DNA of 63,511 nt, filler included, from Pelomyxa schiedti (taxonomy: Eukaryota > Protista > Evosea), in the NCBI GenBank assembly GCA_020536535.1. It is 11 parts of 11 records of this genome, joined end to end, with 100 filler letters (N's around TTAATTAATTAA, not from the genome) between each part and the next. Parts side by side here need not be neighbours in the genome. Positions count along the whole stretch, not along the records: positions 3,474 to 20,387 come from JAHLWZ010000166.1; positions 20,488 to 24,120 come from JAHLWZ010001714.1; positions 24,221 to 49,529 come from JAHLWZ010000189.1; 8 more parts are not named here. One strand, given 5' to 3'. The translations under genes were made by a program, and so were the position numbers. Under the pieces are notes generated by a model. That model did no database searches. It saw nothing but the letters and a program-made list of their open reading frames with translations, and was not told the DNA's origin. Of the stretch, positions 11,924 through 28,505 are shown one piece after another. Each line of letters starts with the position of its first letter. Within the stretch, counting starts at the first letter, position 1.

Positions 11924-14097
11924 TTAAACACCAAGCCAAATTCGGGTGTCACTGCCAGGTGGGAAGTACTCGCACTCAGTAACATACATCTTCAGAAAGC
12001 GCTCTGTGATTTCCGTTGGAAAGGTCTCCATCATGAAGTTGGCTGTAACAGGGGAGGCCAGTGCCAATCTCATGAAGTGCTGTTTGATCATGCCCGCTGT
12101 GAGTGACGGGAAGCACCTCAGGATCATCCTGCACGTTTCGATGTCGGCACTGCGAATGCGGTAGCTCTTTGCCCACGTGTCCATCATATTGAAAACCTGT
12201 TCACGTTGAGTACCGCTGTATTATCGCTCAATTTTGGGAGCAGACAGAGTACCTCTTCCAAAGTGAAGTCAAAGTGATGTATGAGCCATTCAGCACTACG
12301 GTTGTCACCATAAGAAATCATTTTGAAGAGAATAATGTTGTCGCAGGCTTTCACCTGAGCACTTGTGAGGTCAAACTCCTGGATCAACCACTTGGTAGCT
12401 TTTCCATGCCCAGAAAACTCGTTGCCTACGAGAAACCTTGACACAAACCCTTTGGGCACGAGTTCCTTTCCCAGCAGTGATACAAACTGCTTGACTTCTG
12501 GGAGTCCCACAGTGTGATGCAGTTTGACTATAAGATCTGATTCCGTCCATTTGTAATTCAACATGTTGGGGTTAAATGAATCACGCAGCAGCATGGCAAC
12601 CTGCATACTCCAGGATTTCTTGATTGCTTCAACAATGACCGGTTCAGGAATCAGGTGGCGCAAGGAGGGTGTCAAGTGCTGCAGAAGCCACTTTACTGCG
12701 TTCTCATTCCCAGACCCTGCACATACTGCCAAAAAGAATGAACAAAGTGACTTACTGTCAGAATTGAGGTGGATCAGTACGTGAAAGGTGTCCTCCAACC
12801 ATGATGCAGTTTGCATGTTATCGAACCTCAAAGCACTGCAAAGAGATATTCTCAGCTGCTCACTGCTGAGAGTGGGTGCCCTGTCTGCCAACCACTTCAC
12901 CAGGGACACTGCGGCATTCCAGTTTGCACAAGTATCCATGAACAAGTCTGCAGTGACAGCGATATGCCTTTCCTCCACTGCCCACCGAATGAGGTAAGGT
13001 GCGCAGTGTCTGGCAATCTCGGCAACAAGTTCCGCTGTCACATCAAAATTGAATGTGGGAATTGCCCACTGCAGCACCCGACGACTTGCTTGCACAGCGC
13101 CGATATCTATCCAGGCCTGTGGGAACCTCTCGTGCACCCACTCGCACACCCTCAGAACCTCAGAGTCTGCTCGCCCACTCCGGGTCATTGCGGTAATTGC
13201 GCATGTGAAATTCTCCTCGTTGACGAGTACTGGGAACTCGGCCTCAGTGCACTCGGCGATGCACGGGGCAGGAAGCGCAGCCGCAGCCCACTCGGCAGCC
13301 TCGACGCCGCAGCTAGCCAGTGCCGACATGCATAAACTGTTCCATTGTGCCACCCGCATTGCATCCACGCAGCCAGGGAACCTCTCGAGCAGCCACTTGG
13401 CCACATCCAGGTGCCCACCCTCCAGTGCTGCAGCAACGGAGCGATAGCATTCCCACGGCTCCGCGATCCTGAACCGATCCACGACCCACTTTGCGGTCTC
13501 CAAGTGGCCGTTCTGGCACACGCTCCACAACAGCGAGCGAGTCTCGGTGCGGCTCCTGAGCAGCTCCACCATGTCCCTCTCACCACAACCAACACATGGC
13601 CACACCAGCCCGCACTCATCCCTCCACCACTTGGTCGACAGGGACAGAGATGGCAGTGGTGATGGTGATGGTGGCAGCAGACCATCACCGACGAGGGACT
13701 TGGCCATGTCAGTGTATCCCCCGGAGCATAGCCCAAACAGCACATTAACAACACCCGTGGCTGCCTCCGGGCCTTCATCTTCCTCGTCGTCGTAGTCTAT
13801 GGGCACATGAGCTGTGATCCACTTGATGCACGAGGGGGCGCCGGCGGCTGCGGCCCACCTGAGCACAGCCGACCTCGTGGCGGACGCGGGCAGCTTGGCC
13901 GCCGCGCGGCACGCGAGGGGCACGAGGGGCCACAGCGCCTCGCCCGCGGCAAGCAGCCATGTCGCGTAGCCACCCTGGCTCGGGTTTGTTGTTGTTGTAC
14001 TCTGGGTCTCGGTGTGCCACCACGGCACAACGTGGGTCCACATCACGTGCGACACCCACACAACACGGTTCGCACCGTCAGGGGTTGTTCTGTTCAT
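11924..14097 (-). CDS. Orphan ankyrin-like repeat family (family 1), full-length copy
   Basis: Starts MNRTTPDGANRVVWV; repeats VCQNGHLETAKWVV and ALEGGHLDVAKWLL; final exon 11924-~12170. Confidence 0.75.
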
Positions 14098-14155
14098 TTG
14101 TTGGATGTTCCGTTTGAAAAAATTTTTTTGACGAATTCGGAGAAACCAGGAATCA

Positions 14156-15611
14156 ATGAATGACCAACCTGGCAGGGAGTCCTCGTCGTGGGCTGAGCAG
14201 GTTGCAGCAGCCAGGGACGAGTGGGCAACCATAGAGGCACACCAAGTCTCCTTGCCGGCCCATGACACCAACACCACAACAACATCCACACCAAGTGAAG
14301 CGACACCCACTGCCAACACTACTAGTACTACTACCACTACCACCACCACCACTACAACAACATCATCCACTTGTTCGCCGCACGGGCCGGGAACCATCGA
14401 TGGCGGAGACGACGGGACGACGCCGTCCTCATCGGGGACGGGGGCTGCGGCAACAGCAGCTACTACGATGTCGAGTGCTTCAGCGGGCGCGAGTGGGAGT
14501 GGGAGCGGGAGCGGGGGCGTGGGGGAGGAGGGTGAGGGGGGCGAGGGGGGCACGGGGGGGCAGTTCGGGGTCACGCTGGCTGCTGTGCTGAGGTCGGACG
14601 CCGCCCACGACAAAATGGTGAGTGAACTTGCCACTCAACTTTCAACTTCCCCAGCACTTCCTTTATCTTCATTCTTTGCTGTGCGCGTGGGTGTGTACTG
14701 TTTGACTGTAGTAACGAATCAGCGAATAGTGGCTGCGGTACCAAAGAAGCCAAAGAAGGGCGTGATGGCATCCTTTTGGAATTCCGTATTTGGACCTCCA
14801 CAGCTGAATTCGGCACTCCAGAATGAGTTGAATGAAGTCTTTGGAGTGGCTAAGGTTTTTTTCTGTAATTAATTTTATTAATCTGAAATCTTCACTGTTC
14901 CCAGGTTTCACTCAACGATATTGATGTTGATATGCGGAAATCTATATTATATGAGATATATCACGCTCTTACTCGTGTGTTATGTAGTTAAATTTTGCGT
15001 CACCAAACAATCTCAGATAAAACTCATCCAAACTGGGTGGAAATTGGGTTTCAAGGTAAATCTGATAACCAAACATTTTAATAACCTGTATATTGGCAGG
15101 TGATGACCCGGGAACAGACTTACGCGGTGCGGGTATACTTGGTCTTTTGCACATCATTTACCTGTTTGAGAACCACAACAAACTCTGCACCGAACTATAC
15201 ACACTCTCTGCCGACACTGTTCAGGTGTGAAGACCACCGCTATACCCACGTAATGTAACTATCAATGCAGAATTTCCCGTTTGCAGCCGTTTCCCTCAAC
15301 GTAACTAGAATCGTGCTGGAGACTCTGAGAAGTGGCGAACTCAATGCCTTATGCAATAAGAAAGGCTCAGTTTGGGCAGTATCCTGTGATTACTATTCCT
15401 CCGTGTTCTATGACTTTTACTGCACATGGTATGCATACCGCTCACCCAAACAAAACGAATCACTTGAATCCACTCTCACAGAATCACCAATAGGAAAACT
15501 GAGCACAAAACCATGCTTGATTCCGGCTTTGTTCTCAAGAGCCTGGCCAATCGAGGACATACACACTCCACCTCAATCATATCCTCCTTTTTACACTCCC
15601 CCTTTGTTTAA
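14156..15611 (+). CDS. ELMO/CED-12 domain protein (ELMOD-like Arf/Arl GAP), multi-exon
   Basis: Spliced WVEIGFQG/DDPGTDLRGAGILGL, NFPFAAVSLNVT and WKTEHKTMLDSGFVL; low-complexity N-terminus. Confidence 0.85.
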
Positions 15612-15747
15612 TAGTAAGTCCGGTAAGTGTACTTTAATACACTACTACAGTAGTTAATTTTTTCTTCATACACAAAGTATATTGAAAAATGAGTTAAGAG
15701 TTATGGTACTATTGCGTGGTGTATGGAGTTGTTGTTTGGGAATCCCT

Positions 15748-16161
<414 letters not shown>

Positions 16162-16368
16162 TTACTAACTAAAAAAGGCCACTTGTGCTAACTCTTATGT
16201 TGCTTGTAGTTTCCCCACTGTTTCCTCCCTTTGTGTACCGCAAGACTCTTGCGTTGGCAAATGAAGTTCGGCGAATTTGCGCTCACGAATCCTTCGTTGA
16301 AGTTTACACAAGTAAACGCATCTAAAACAAACTGAGAAAAAGTTGGTGATCACGGAGAGGGTTGGTCA

Positions 16369-16829
<461 letters not shown>

Positions 16830-17135
16830 TTTGAGCGTTTTGTATTACTAACAAAAAAAGGCCACTTGTGCTAATTCTTATGTTGCTTGTAGAGGTTTGT
16901 TGTTTCTTGTCTTGTATTTCTTGTTTCCCCGCTGTTTCCTCCCTTTGTGTACCGCAAGAGCGCTGGCAAATGAAGTTCGGCGAATTTGCGCTCACGAATC
17001 CTTCGTTGAAGTTTACACAAGTAAACGCATCTAAAACAAACTGAGAAAAAGTGGGTGATCGGAGAGGGTTGGTCAAGTAATTCTATTGTTCTTTACAGTG
17101 TGGTGTGATGCCTGGAGTTGTTGTTTGGGGATCCT

Positions 17136-18929
<1,794 letters not shown>

Positions 18930-19120
18930 TTAGATTGTGTTTTTGTTGTCGGTGTCTTGTTGCTTGTTGTTTTACTTTTATTTCTTGTTTCCCACTGTTT
19001 CCTCCTTTTGTTTCGCGCCAAAACAATTATTTCCGTTCGAGGCGAATTTCACTGATTTAGCTGAAGAAAAATACTCAACAGACCGGAACGCTGTACTTTT
19101 CGTTATCGTCGCACAGCCAC

Positions 19121-19355
19121 TTGAAATTACTGACACACAGCCCCGCCCCCGCGCCCGCGCCCGCCCCGTCGTCGTGATACTCGAGAGACAGGACGAACCC
19201 GCATGGGGTGTCCACCGTCACCCCGTCCCACGACCACGACCCGGACGCCACTGTGACAAAGTGGAGAACCACTACTACTGCCACGAGAGGGAGAACACTC
19301 GCCATCATCACTGGGGTTCTTCACGCCGGTTGGGGCTGTGTGTCAGTAATTTCAA
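19121..19355. repeat. Centre of inverted duplication: 24-bp perfect arms around a 187-bp GC-rich spacer
   Basis: TTGAAATTACTGACACACAGCCCC (19121-19144) and its reverse complement (19332-19355). Confidence 0.9.
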
Positions 19356-19499
19356 ATCAAGTGAAATTCGCAGAAGGCCTTTCGAACGGAAAAAAAAAGC
19401 ATCATGTGATGCAATTGGGGCCAAGTTGGGAGACTTGCGCTAATTGATTGGCGGGAAACAAAAGGAAAACAGTGGGCGCGAAACAAGAAATAAAAGTAA

Positions 19500-20387
<888 letters not shown>

Positions 20388-20487
20388 NNNNNNNNNNNNN
20401 NNNNNNNNNNNNNNNNNNNNNNNNNNNNNNNTTAATTAATTAANNNNNNNNNNNNNNNNNNNNNNNNNNNNNNNNNNNNNNNNNNNN

Positions 20488-23400
20488 CTTGGCCCAACTG
20501 GGAAGTTCACGTGCCGGCGGCGATTTTGGCAATTGTGGGAGTATCTTGCCGAGCCCCAGATCCCGCGCAATGTCTGTGGGTCTCATGATAGCCTGCCGGT
20601 TGTAAACCCGGAAATATGTTGAGTCGGCCTCAAGGTGGCTGTACGGCGAACTTATGGGATCCATCAGGTTGAATACCACCATTGCTGGAAAACGTTTTTT
20701 TTTATTTTTTTTTGGGTGTGAGAGCTGGAGGAAGAAGGACTTTACCAAAGCTCCAAACATCAGCCTTTGTGTCATACTTTTCCATATTGAGAACTTCGGG
20801 AGCATAAGTGAATACCTTTCCCTCTAATGTGCATCTCGCGGACTTAGATTCTCCGGAATACAGAACTTGAGACAGCCCGAAATCGGCAATCTGTTTTCTG
20901 CTAAGTGATTTGAGAGGAATTGTGAGCCAACCTTTGCCCAAGGGCCTGGCCCAGTTCCGTCCAATGAGGAAATGAAAATGTTCCCTGTGGTGTGTTAATA
21001 CTCTCTGCCACTGAAGTCAAAGAGGAGACAAACCGGTGTGGAGATCGCCGTGGACGATGGGAGGCTTCTGTGTGTGCAAATATTCCAAGCCATGTGCAAT
21101 ATCTTTCAAAATCTTCTTCCTCATGGGCATGGGAATGACTTGTTCCCCTTTTTCAAGGCACATCTGGATGAAATCACCCAAGTCAGGCTTCTTGATTTTT
21201 GTGTCTCCCAGAGTTCTAAGGATACCAAGAGGAATAATGGGAACAACAAGTTCCATGACCAACCACAGGTGTGGGTACAGGCATGCACCATAGAACTTGA
21301 CAACATTTGGATGTGAAGATGCCTCATTCAAAAGTGTTGTCTCAAAGATAAATTGGGAAATGGATTGGGATGTGACTTCCCCTAATGGTTGTTTTACAAC
21401 CACAGGCAAACCCTTCCATGTTGCCCTCATCACTTGCCCAAAACATCCTCGACCCACCAGTGCTTGTGAAGGAAACTCAATTTCGTCTGGATCAATCACA
21501 GGCAAGTGATCAAGGAGTATGTCTGGAGCAACTTCTGAAAGTTCCACGTCAACTTGCTCTGTCTGGCTGTCTGGTGGGCAATGAAGATATTTCATCCTGC
21601 ATTTTGCAGCATCAAGCACAGCTCCTTGTGGGAAACATGTGATGTTGGGTGGCAGGCTGAATATTGGCTTTGGTTCTGCGGTTGGTGCTGACACTGCATC
21701 AGATTGATGCAGGAAGTGAAGCAAGCAATGAGGGCAAGGGAAAGATACAGCTATTCTCTTAGCCAGGCCAACATAATAGGACTCAATGAATCTATTGATC
21801 AAAATCACTACATAAATTATCAAGCTCTTCCTTTTCCACAGTGGTTCTTCTTTACTCATGATGGTTGGTTCAGATCTGAGAGATGAATGAGATGCCTCCT
21901 CTATTGTAGTTCGCATGCAAATGTTGATTGTGTGTTGCTTGGCCTCGTGTGTCATAATCAACTTCTGATTTATGATAAATGATGTTGAATCTTGAAAACT
22001 GAGATTTTCAATGATGAGACCTTTGTTCCATGCAAACAGAGAGACGGTTTGAGGAATTCCAAGCACCATCACCATCAACCTTGGGAAAAACCCAATTGGT
22101 AGAAAGTGGAACCTGAGAACTCTCCCGCTCATGACAACCTTGGTGCCTGTCCCAGTGGGTGCGGTCCAAAATGAGGCCGTTTCTGGACTCCCCTCTTGTG
22201 AGCAATGTGCGAGGTCTGGAAGAAGGGAAGGAACTACTAGGCGCCCATCAGGCATGTTAAACAGGATTTCAAAAGTCTGCAATAGCTCCAGAAGGGTGGC
22301 ATGCTGTTCGGGGGGAAACTCCTTGAAAACATGGGGTATTATCTTCCGTTCCACAAATCCATTTGTGAACCAACCAGTCATCTTGATACTGATGACTGAT
22401 GTCATTACCTTGGAGAGGTATGAAGGTGTCAGCACAATCAAGTCAGAAAGTGGGATTTCCTTTCTTTTCCGCCATAAGCTCGATATTGTGCTGTTTTCTT
22501 GATTGTGGTGCCTGAAATGTATGATGCTCCCTGCATCCAACAAGAAGTCAGAGCACATGGTAATTTCTCCTTGATCTGTAGTATCATACTTCCCAACACC
22601 GTTAAACTTGGCAATTTCAACATATTCATCCCAATGTAATGTGTCAGCCGGCATACTGGCGAGATGTTTGTGCAATTCAACCCAGTTCGAGGATACAACT
22701 GTCTTCTGTTGTTTTGCAATTGCCTCCAATCTCTCAGAAACATACACCACAGCCGTCATGGATACACAACTGGCCTCCATTGCAGTGTTCATGATAATAC
22801 CATCACCAGTGGCCACACTCAATCCAAAAACACTGTCAAACTGCTTATCATGGGCATCCATTATCTGGCCCAAAGCAGTGCGGGCAGAGTTGGTTGTGGT
22901 TTTGTCAAGGTGAGTTCCGATCAGAATGATGTGAGCCTTGACTGACAGATTTATCAGATCCACCCAATACTTGATTTTTGGTGGAAGTATCACGGAATCA
23001 CCATTCCATAAGACACGTTCTAAATCGAAAAGTAACAAGAACACAGAGTTGCTGCACAAGAAGAACTGATGTGATGGGTAAAGCACATCTTGACCTCCTG
23101 CCAAATTTTGTGTCACTCCATAAATAAAAAAAAAGGGGGAAAATGAGAGTGGTGGGGCAAACACACCCAAATCCCAGGCAACCCATGTGTGATCACTGTG
23201 GCTGTTCAACTTGAATGGTGGAGGGATAGAAACTCCATCAGTGGCCTCGTTTTTTTTCACATTGGTTGTGTTCCTGTTCTTCCTCAGGCACCTCAGCAAT
23301 GTTGTTTTTCCAACAGCACCATCACCCACCAGAAGAAGCTTGTGACTCTTCCACTCAACAGGCTCACAATTGTACATCACAAACTGTTTCATTGTGTCCC

Positions 23401-24120
23401 ATTTCTCGGCCCTGAACCTGCTTGGGATTGTGTCCAGAGGATTTTCCATCAGATTGACAAATTTGACCTTGTGCATCCATTGAGGAAGTGCACTCAGTTG
23501 GTTGAAGGACAGGTCAAGTGACTTGCAGCAAGCCACAAATTCCAAAATGGGGGGAAGAGTGTGCAAATTGAGGAAGGATAAGTCCACGTCTTGATGTGAC
23601 AATGCTCCAGAAAGGCCAACTTCCTGCACTGCAGTCCAGTTGTTGGCCTGAACCCACACTCGAAACAATTTTGAGACAACTGCCAGCAGTTTAAAGCCTG
23701 GCTTCAATAAAATATCAAGCAGTTCACGCACTGCAGTTTGTCCCATGTCTCTCACATTTACACCATTTTTGAAAATCAATGGTTCCACCATCTCTTTGAA
23801 TTTGGAAAGATCGGCGGAAGCTGTCTGGGTGGTTTGAAGAAGTGTGACACATGATTCCTCATCTTGGATGACTGTTGGCACGTTTACATTGAGGGATGTA
23901 GGGTCTGGACTTTCTGAGAGCTCTAAGTGAATGCCTCCTTCAATAGAGCTCCCCGCTATTTCCCGTGAGTTTGATGCAATATCCAACATGATATCAATGG
24001 CATCTTCTTCTTGTTCTGGACCGGCCCAAATTGGGAGATACTGCTGTGCAGCATTCAACACAATGTCCAGTTTTGTGCTGTCACCCACTGCAACACAACC
24101 TCGCATTGCTTTCTTGAAAT
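20488..24120 (-). CDS. ROCO protein (LRR-Roc-COR-TKL kinase), both ends cut by spacers
   Basis: LRR LDLSFNQLSALP; Roc GDGAVGKTT, WDLGGQ, IGTHLD; kinase GRGCFGQV, VVVK, HGDLH, DFG, APE, DVWSFG. Confidence 0.9.
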
Positions 24121-24220
24121 NNNNNNNNNNNNNNNNNNNNNNNNNNNNNNNNNNNNNNNNNNNNTTAATTAATTAANNNNNNNNNNNNNNNNNNNNNNNN
24201 NNNNNNNNNNNNNNNNNNNN

Positions 24221-24345
24221 GCCCCCGCCTTCGTAGTCGGAATCCGAGTCCAGCACTCCGCCGTCGTTGTTATTATGGGAGTCGTCACGATAGTCCCCGT
24301 CGTTGATGTCCTCGTCGTAGTATTCCCCAGTGCTCTTCTGGCAAG
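24221..24345 (-). CDS. Acidic exon of an unidentified gene running into the spacer
   Basis: Pyrimidine-tract AG acceptor, then KSTGEYYDEDINDGDYRDDSHNNNDGGVLDSDSDYEGG. Confidence 0.35.
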
Positions 24346-24917
24346 AAAAAAGGGGAAAAAGTGAGGTGAGGATAAACCGCGGCGCAGTCTAATTAGAAAA
24401 CCCACCGTGAGAGACACGGGACCTCCCTTGCTTTCGGTCATCGTTAATTATCGCTTGATCGTGGTCCCTTACGCGCAGTTGATTCTTCAAGAAAAGGAAG
24501 AATTACCGGAAAAAAAGTTCGGGACGATGCGATGTACCGGCAAGTGCACTGAAAAAGGTCATGTGGTTCTTCTTCAGGGCCTCCAACAACGCCGGTAGCA
24601 CTTCTCCTGAAATTGGGGGCAGCACCAGTTTTCGAGAACACGAGCCGGGTGAGTTCTTCACTAGAAGCAACCTTGTAGAGGTTTGCTCCAACAATATGTG
24701 CACAAGTAATCGAAGATCGCTGGCCTGTACGATTTTCTCTGGAGTACCGTACAAAAACTGTTTTCACTTAAGTGGGAGGAGTTCCATGTATTGAAGCACT
24801 GATTTGTTTGAAGGCAGAATCACTTCATAAATCGTTCATTCACTGGAGATTTGTTGTGTGTGCAGCGATTGAAAAAAACGGGTTTTCTCTTTCAAACGTT
24901 CAGCGCTCATGAGCATG

Positions 24918-26423
24918 TCACCATGCACGTGAAGTGACCACTTTTGGGGTGCGGAACGTGATTGGTACAATCGACAGAAGGAGTACGCCCATTGGCAAAG
25001 TGATGGTGAACAACGTGGCACCTGACACGGCATCAGTGAAAGTGTGGCTGGACAGTGGTGTGGCTGTGTCGTATGGAAGCCCAAACCTCCTGCTCGATGA
25101 TGGGTGGTGGTAGTGGATGGCCACGCGGCGTGCATCATCACTGATTGGTGGGGATTGCACAGTTGTGCTGGTGACAAGAAGGCCACATCCTGATGTGACT
25201 TTTTGTGTGCCTGGTGGGTGCCTGTATGTGCACAGTGGAGTGGGGCGAGGAGGGCACCTCCTGGAATGGGCTCCTTTACGAAATGGTGTCTCTGGAGCTC
25301 CTTGTTTGTTTGGGCGAGTGAGGGAGGATAAGGCAAAAACAGAGGTTGATGAGTGGTCACTGGTTGTTGTGGCGAGGTGTGACTCATCAACTGCCTTCAC
25401 TTCCAGCTGTCCTGCTGGGGTTTTCAACCACGCGATAGGCTCCCCTGTGTTTAAATCAAGAAGGTAGTGCTTTTCTATTGCACGGGCAGGTGCTTTGAAT
25501 GACAGCTGCCCAAGGGTACTCCTTGATAAACTTCCTGGAACCTTCTTCCTTGGTTCGGTGGAACATACCTTTGTGACCGGCAAGTAATAAACCACTTTGT
25601 CCCTGTCCAACAGTGGGGAACACAGGCCTGAAGAGAGTTGTGCCGACAAACAGCAGTCAGAAATCACGGACACACTATCCATGGTGATCACACCTTCCTG
25701 CCAGACCTTTCTCAAGTCAACGTGATGAATAACAATGGAGGTTGCAAACACCAAGTCATCCTCCAGAAATGACAACTCCAGAGTGTCAGACTCCGAGTCA
25801 TACGCGCTTGTTGTTGTAAAGAACCTCAGCTGCAGCAGCTTCTTCGCCACCGAGCACTCGAGGTGGTCTTCTGATGCCACACCATCCCCCACCCTCCACA
25901 ACATCAGAGATCCCGATCCCTTACGTGACATCGCAATCCACCTCCTGTTGCACGCCACCCTGGCACTTCTCCTCAAACGATCCCTCCACCCCACAAGCTC
26001 CTGTATCTGCGCTATGTCAGCTTCGCCATCGCGGATCTGCCCGACAACCAGGTTGTTATGGTCACTACCATAGACGATGTCGGGGAGCATCAGGCACCTG
26101 TCGGGGGCGATCCAGCCCAGCACCCCCGCGTTGGGGATTACGCGGCAGGGGACCTGCACGAGGCCCAGGGTGTGCGACACGCTGAAGAACACCTCGTAGC
26201 CGGCGAAGGCGCCCAGGCCGAAGTTGGCGAGCACGGGGCGGTCGACGGCCGTCACCCACCTCTTGCCGATGCACTCCACGAGCACCGAAGGGGGCAGAGC
26301 GGAGACGTGGCAGGCGCGAGGGAGCAAGGACGACGCGAGTGCCACGAATTGATCGGCGGCCGTGAGTGCGCCGGGAAGAAGCCTGAGAAACTCAAATCCT
26401 ACGGGGTCCCTGTCCCCTATCAT
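24918..26423 (-). CDS. Orphan multi-copy protein (family 2), copy A, ~501 aa
   Basis: Intact single ORF closely similar to 31820-33343; N-terminal DQFVALASSLLPR motif; no family recognised. Confidence 0.75.
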   Translation of the reverse strand: MIGDRDPVGFEFLRLLPGALTAADQFVALASSLLPRACHVSALPPSVLVECIGKRWVTAVDRPVLANFGLGAFAGYEVFFSVSHTLGLVQVPCRVIPNAGVLGWIAPDRCLMLPDIVYGSDHNNLVVGQIRDGEADIAQIQELVGWRDRLRRSARVACNRRWIAMSRKGSGSLMLWRVGDGVASEDHLECSVAKKLLQLRFFTTTSAYDSESDTLELSFLEDDLVFATSIVIHHVDLRKVWQEGVITMDSVSVISDCCLSAQLSSGLCSPLLDRDKVVYYLPVTKVCSTEPRKKVPGSLSRSTLGQLSFKAPARAIEKHYLLDLNTGEPIAWLKTPAGQLEVKAVDESHLATTTSDHSSTSVFALSSLTRPNKQGAPETPFRKGAHSRRCPPRPTPLCTYRHPPGTQKVTSGCGLLVTSTTVQSPPISDDARRVAIHYHHPSSSRRFGLPYDTATPLSSHTFTDAVSGATLFTITLPMGVLLLSIVPITFRTPKVVTSRAW

Positions 26424-26574
26424 CAATTCCGCAGAAAGAGAAAATCATGGGGGTTGTCTTGATACAGGAATCAGTTTCGCGGTGATGAGCGAAGAGCACA
26501 GGCATGGTACCAGTGTGAGTGGTGTCCCTGACGGGGAGTGACGAACACGTTCGTAGCGAGATTAAGGAGGGAAC

Positions 26575-26871
26575 AACTCGGGGCAAGTTAGTTCCACAAA
26601 GTGTAAAACCACACAGCACATACCTTGGGAGAGTGATTGGTTGGCAAAGGGAGACATCACCAGGAAAACATTTCCACTGTTCCCTTTGCAAAGGAATTCC
26701 CATAGAAGGTATACACACAAGGGGCCAACCCCTGGTTTTTTATTATTTTTTTTGTTTGGCTTCCTTGTAGTGTCTTGTCTAGACGAAATTGTTTATGAGG
26801 GTGGTGTAAATGGTCAGCATCTGGAAAGAGACCCCAAAGACGATGAGTGACACCATCCCTGCACAAAGCAA
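26575..26871. repeat. Duplicate of the transporter 3' end and flank (33415-33716)
   Basis: ~26700-26871 essentially identical to ~33540-33716. Confidence 0.85.
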
Positions 26872-28339
26872 NNNNNNNNNNNNNNNNNNNNNNNNNNNNN
26901 NNNNNNNNNNNNNNNNNNNNNNNNNNNNNNNNNNNNNNNNNNNNNNNNNNNNNNNNNNNNNNNNNNNNNNNACCACCAGTTGCAGTTCACTGTATGTTTG
27001 TTATCCTATACTCTACTTTAAAATTACTCCAGGTTTCTGCCCAAGGTGAAGCTGTCATCCACACAGTAAAACCATCACGAACCCGAGCACTTTGGTCACG
27101 TGATAATGTTGCCCCGCACTCACCATGGATTTTTGATGTCACAGAGCCATGATGGAATGTCCAAGATGTACAAATCAAATAGGAAAACAACTTGTTGCCT
27201 TTTCTTTATTCTCATGTCTTCAGGCAAAAGAAAAAAAATTGTTTTCGCAACTTCAGGCCAGGCCACATCATGGAGAGGTGGGAGTAAGTGTAGGTTGGGA
27301 ATGTGGCACAGTGGAGTGGTGTGTAGGTGCGCAGGCAGGAGCGAGAGAGCGAGCAAGGGGTGTTAGTGCCGAGGTGAAGTGGGTGGAGGCGGAAGAAAGC
27401 CTTTCTGCACGCACTCTGTTCATCAGCCCTTCTGGTATCCAGGGTCCTGTTGTTGAGTGGAGTGATAATAGAAAGGGAATGAATGTACCTTGATAATGGT
27501 CAGCCTCCACCTAAATAATATCTTGAGCCTGGAGAAAAAGTCAAAAAAAGAAGAAGCCACCTACCATTTCTGGTCACAAAGTGCCAGAAATGCAAGAAAG
27601 GGTAGGGACATCCTGCGCATTTACCTGTCATGGTTTAGTGGTGATCATACAAAGAGAGAGGGGGATTTACCTTGGTGATGACAGGCTTTCATCACAGCAG
27701 CCGGCAAGTTGCTGCTACACCTCTGTATAAAGTGTGAGAAATCGAAAAAAGAAAAAAAGGAGGAGTCACACACCAGTGCCACGGTGCCGGAAACAGAAGA
27801 CCCATTTCAACACAGGTTGCAGGAAAAGGAAAAAAATCTGGGATTGGAGGTGAGGCAATACTGGGGGGAGACAATGAAGGCGAAAAAGGCTGTCATGGCA
27901 AGTCCACCACAACTGTACAAGGTGAAACGAGAAAAAGAAGAAATAAGAAACCATACCAGTGGCTGAGCTGCTGAAAGTCAGAGGACCCCCAATGCCGACA
28001 CTCCCATGAAGGCGGAAAAGGACCTAGAGATTGGAGGTGAGTATATTGGGGGACTCAAAGAAGAGAATACCAGTGGAATGGAGCCGATCCACATATTCTG
28101 CTGACGTCTACAACACCACCTGGTTTTTAAATGTGAGAACTTGAAAAAGAAAAACAGAAGAGAAATGGAAACAAAAACAAGACAAAGCCAAACGAAATAA
28201 AACAAACTTAAGTAACACGAGACAAAGCAAAAAATCCAATTAAAAAACAAACAAAACAAACAAAGAAAACACCAAAAAAAATGCTACGTTCTGTAGCACG
28301 ACCAATCACCCACCCGTTACACGCCACACCGGCCCGGCA

Positions 28340-28505
28340 ACAAACGAACTTTGAGAAATCGAGGTGAATCAGGTAGATTTCCACCAACTTGATTTCTTCA
28401 GATGTCCTGTCAGAGTGCCGACTCAGCAGGTCAATCTCGCAGAGAGTTTTCTGTCACACACTCTCCTCCTTCTTCTTGAGATCAGAGATCAGTTCTTCTG
28501 AAAAA
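28340..28505 (-). pseudogene. Degenerate dispersed coding remnant
   Basis: EIDLLSRHSDRTSEEIKLVEIYLIHLDF matches ETDLLSQHSDLTS*EIKFAEIYLIVHLDF at ~52910-53000; a further partial copy at ~29645-29695; in-frame stops. Confidence 0.5.

Noticed and set aside
12184-14634. 816-aa ORF as the real protein
   Set aside because: 14098-14634 is the antisense of the ELMOD low-complexity exon; paralogues put the start at 14097
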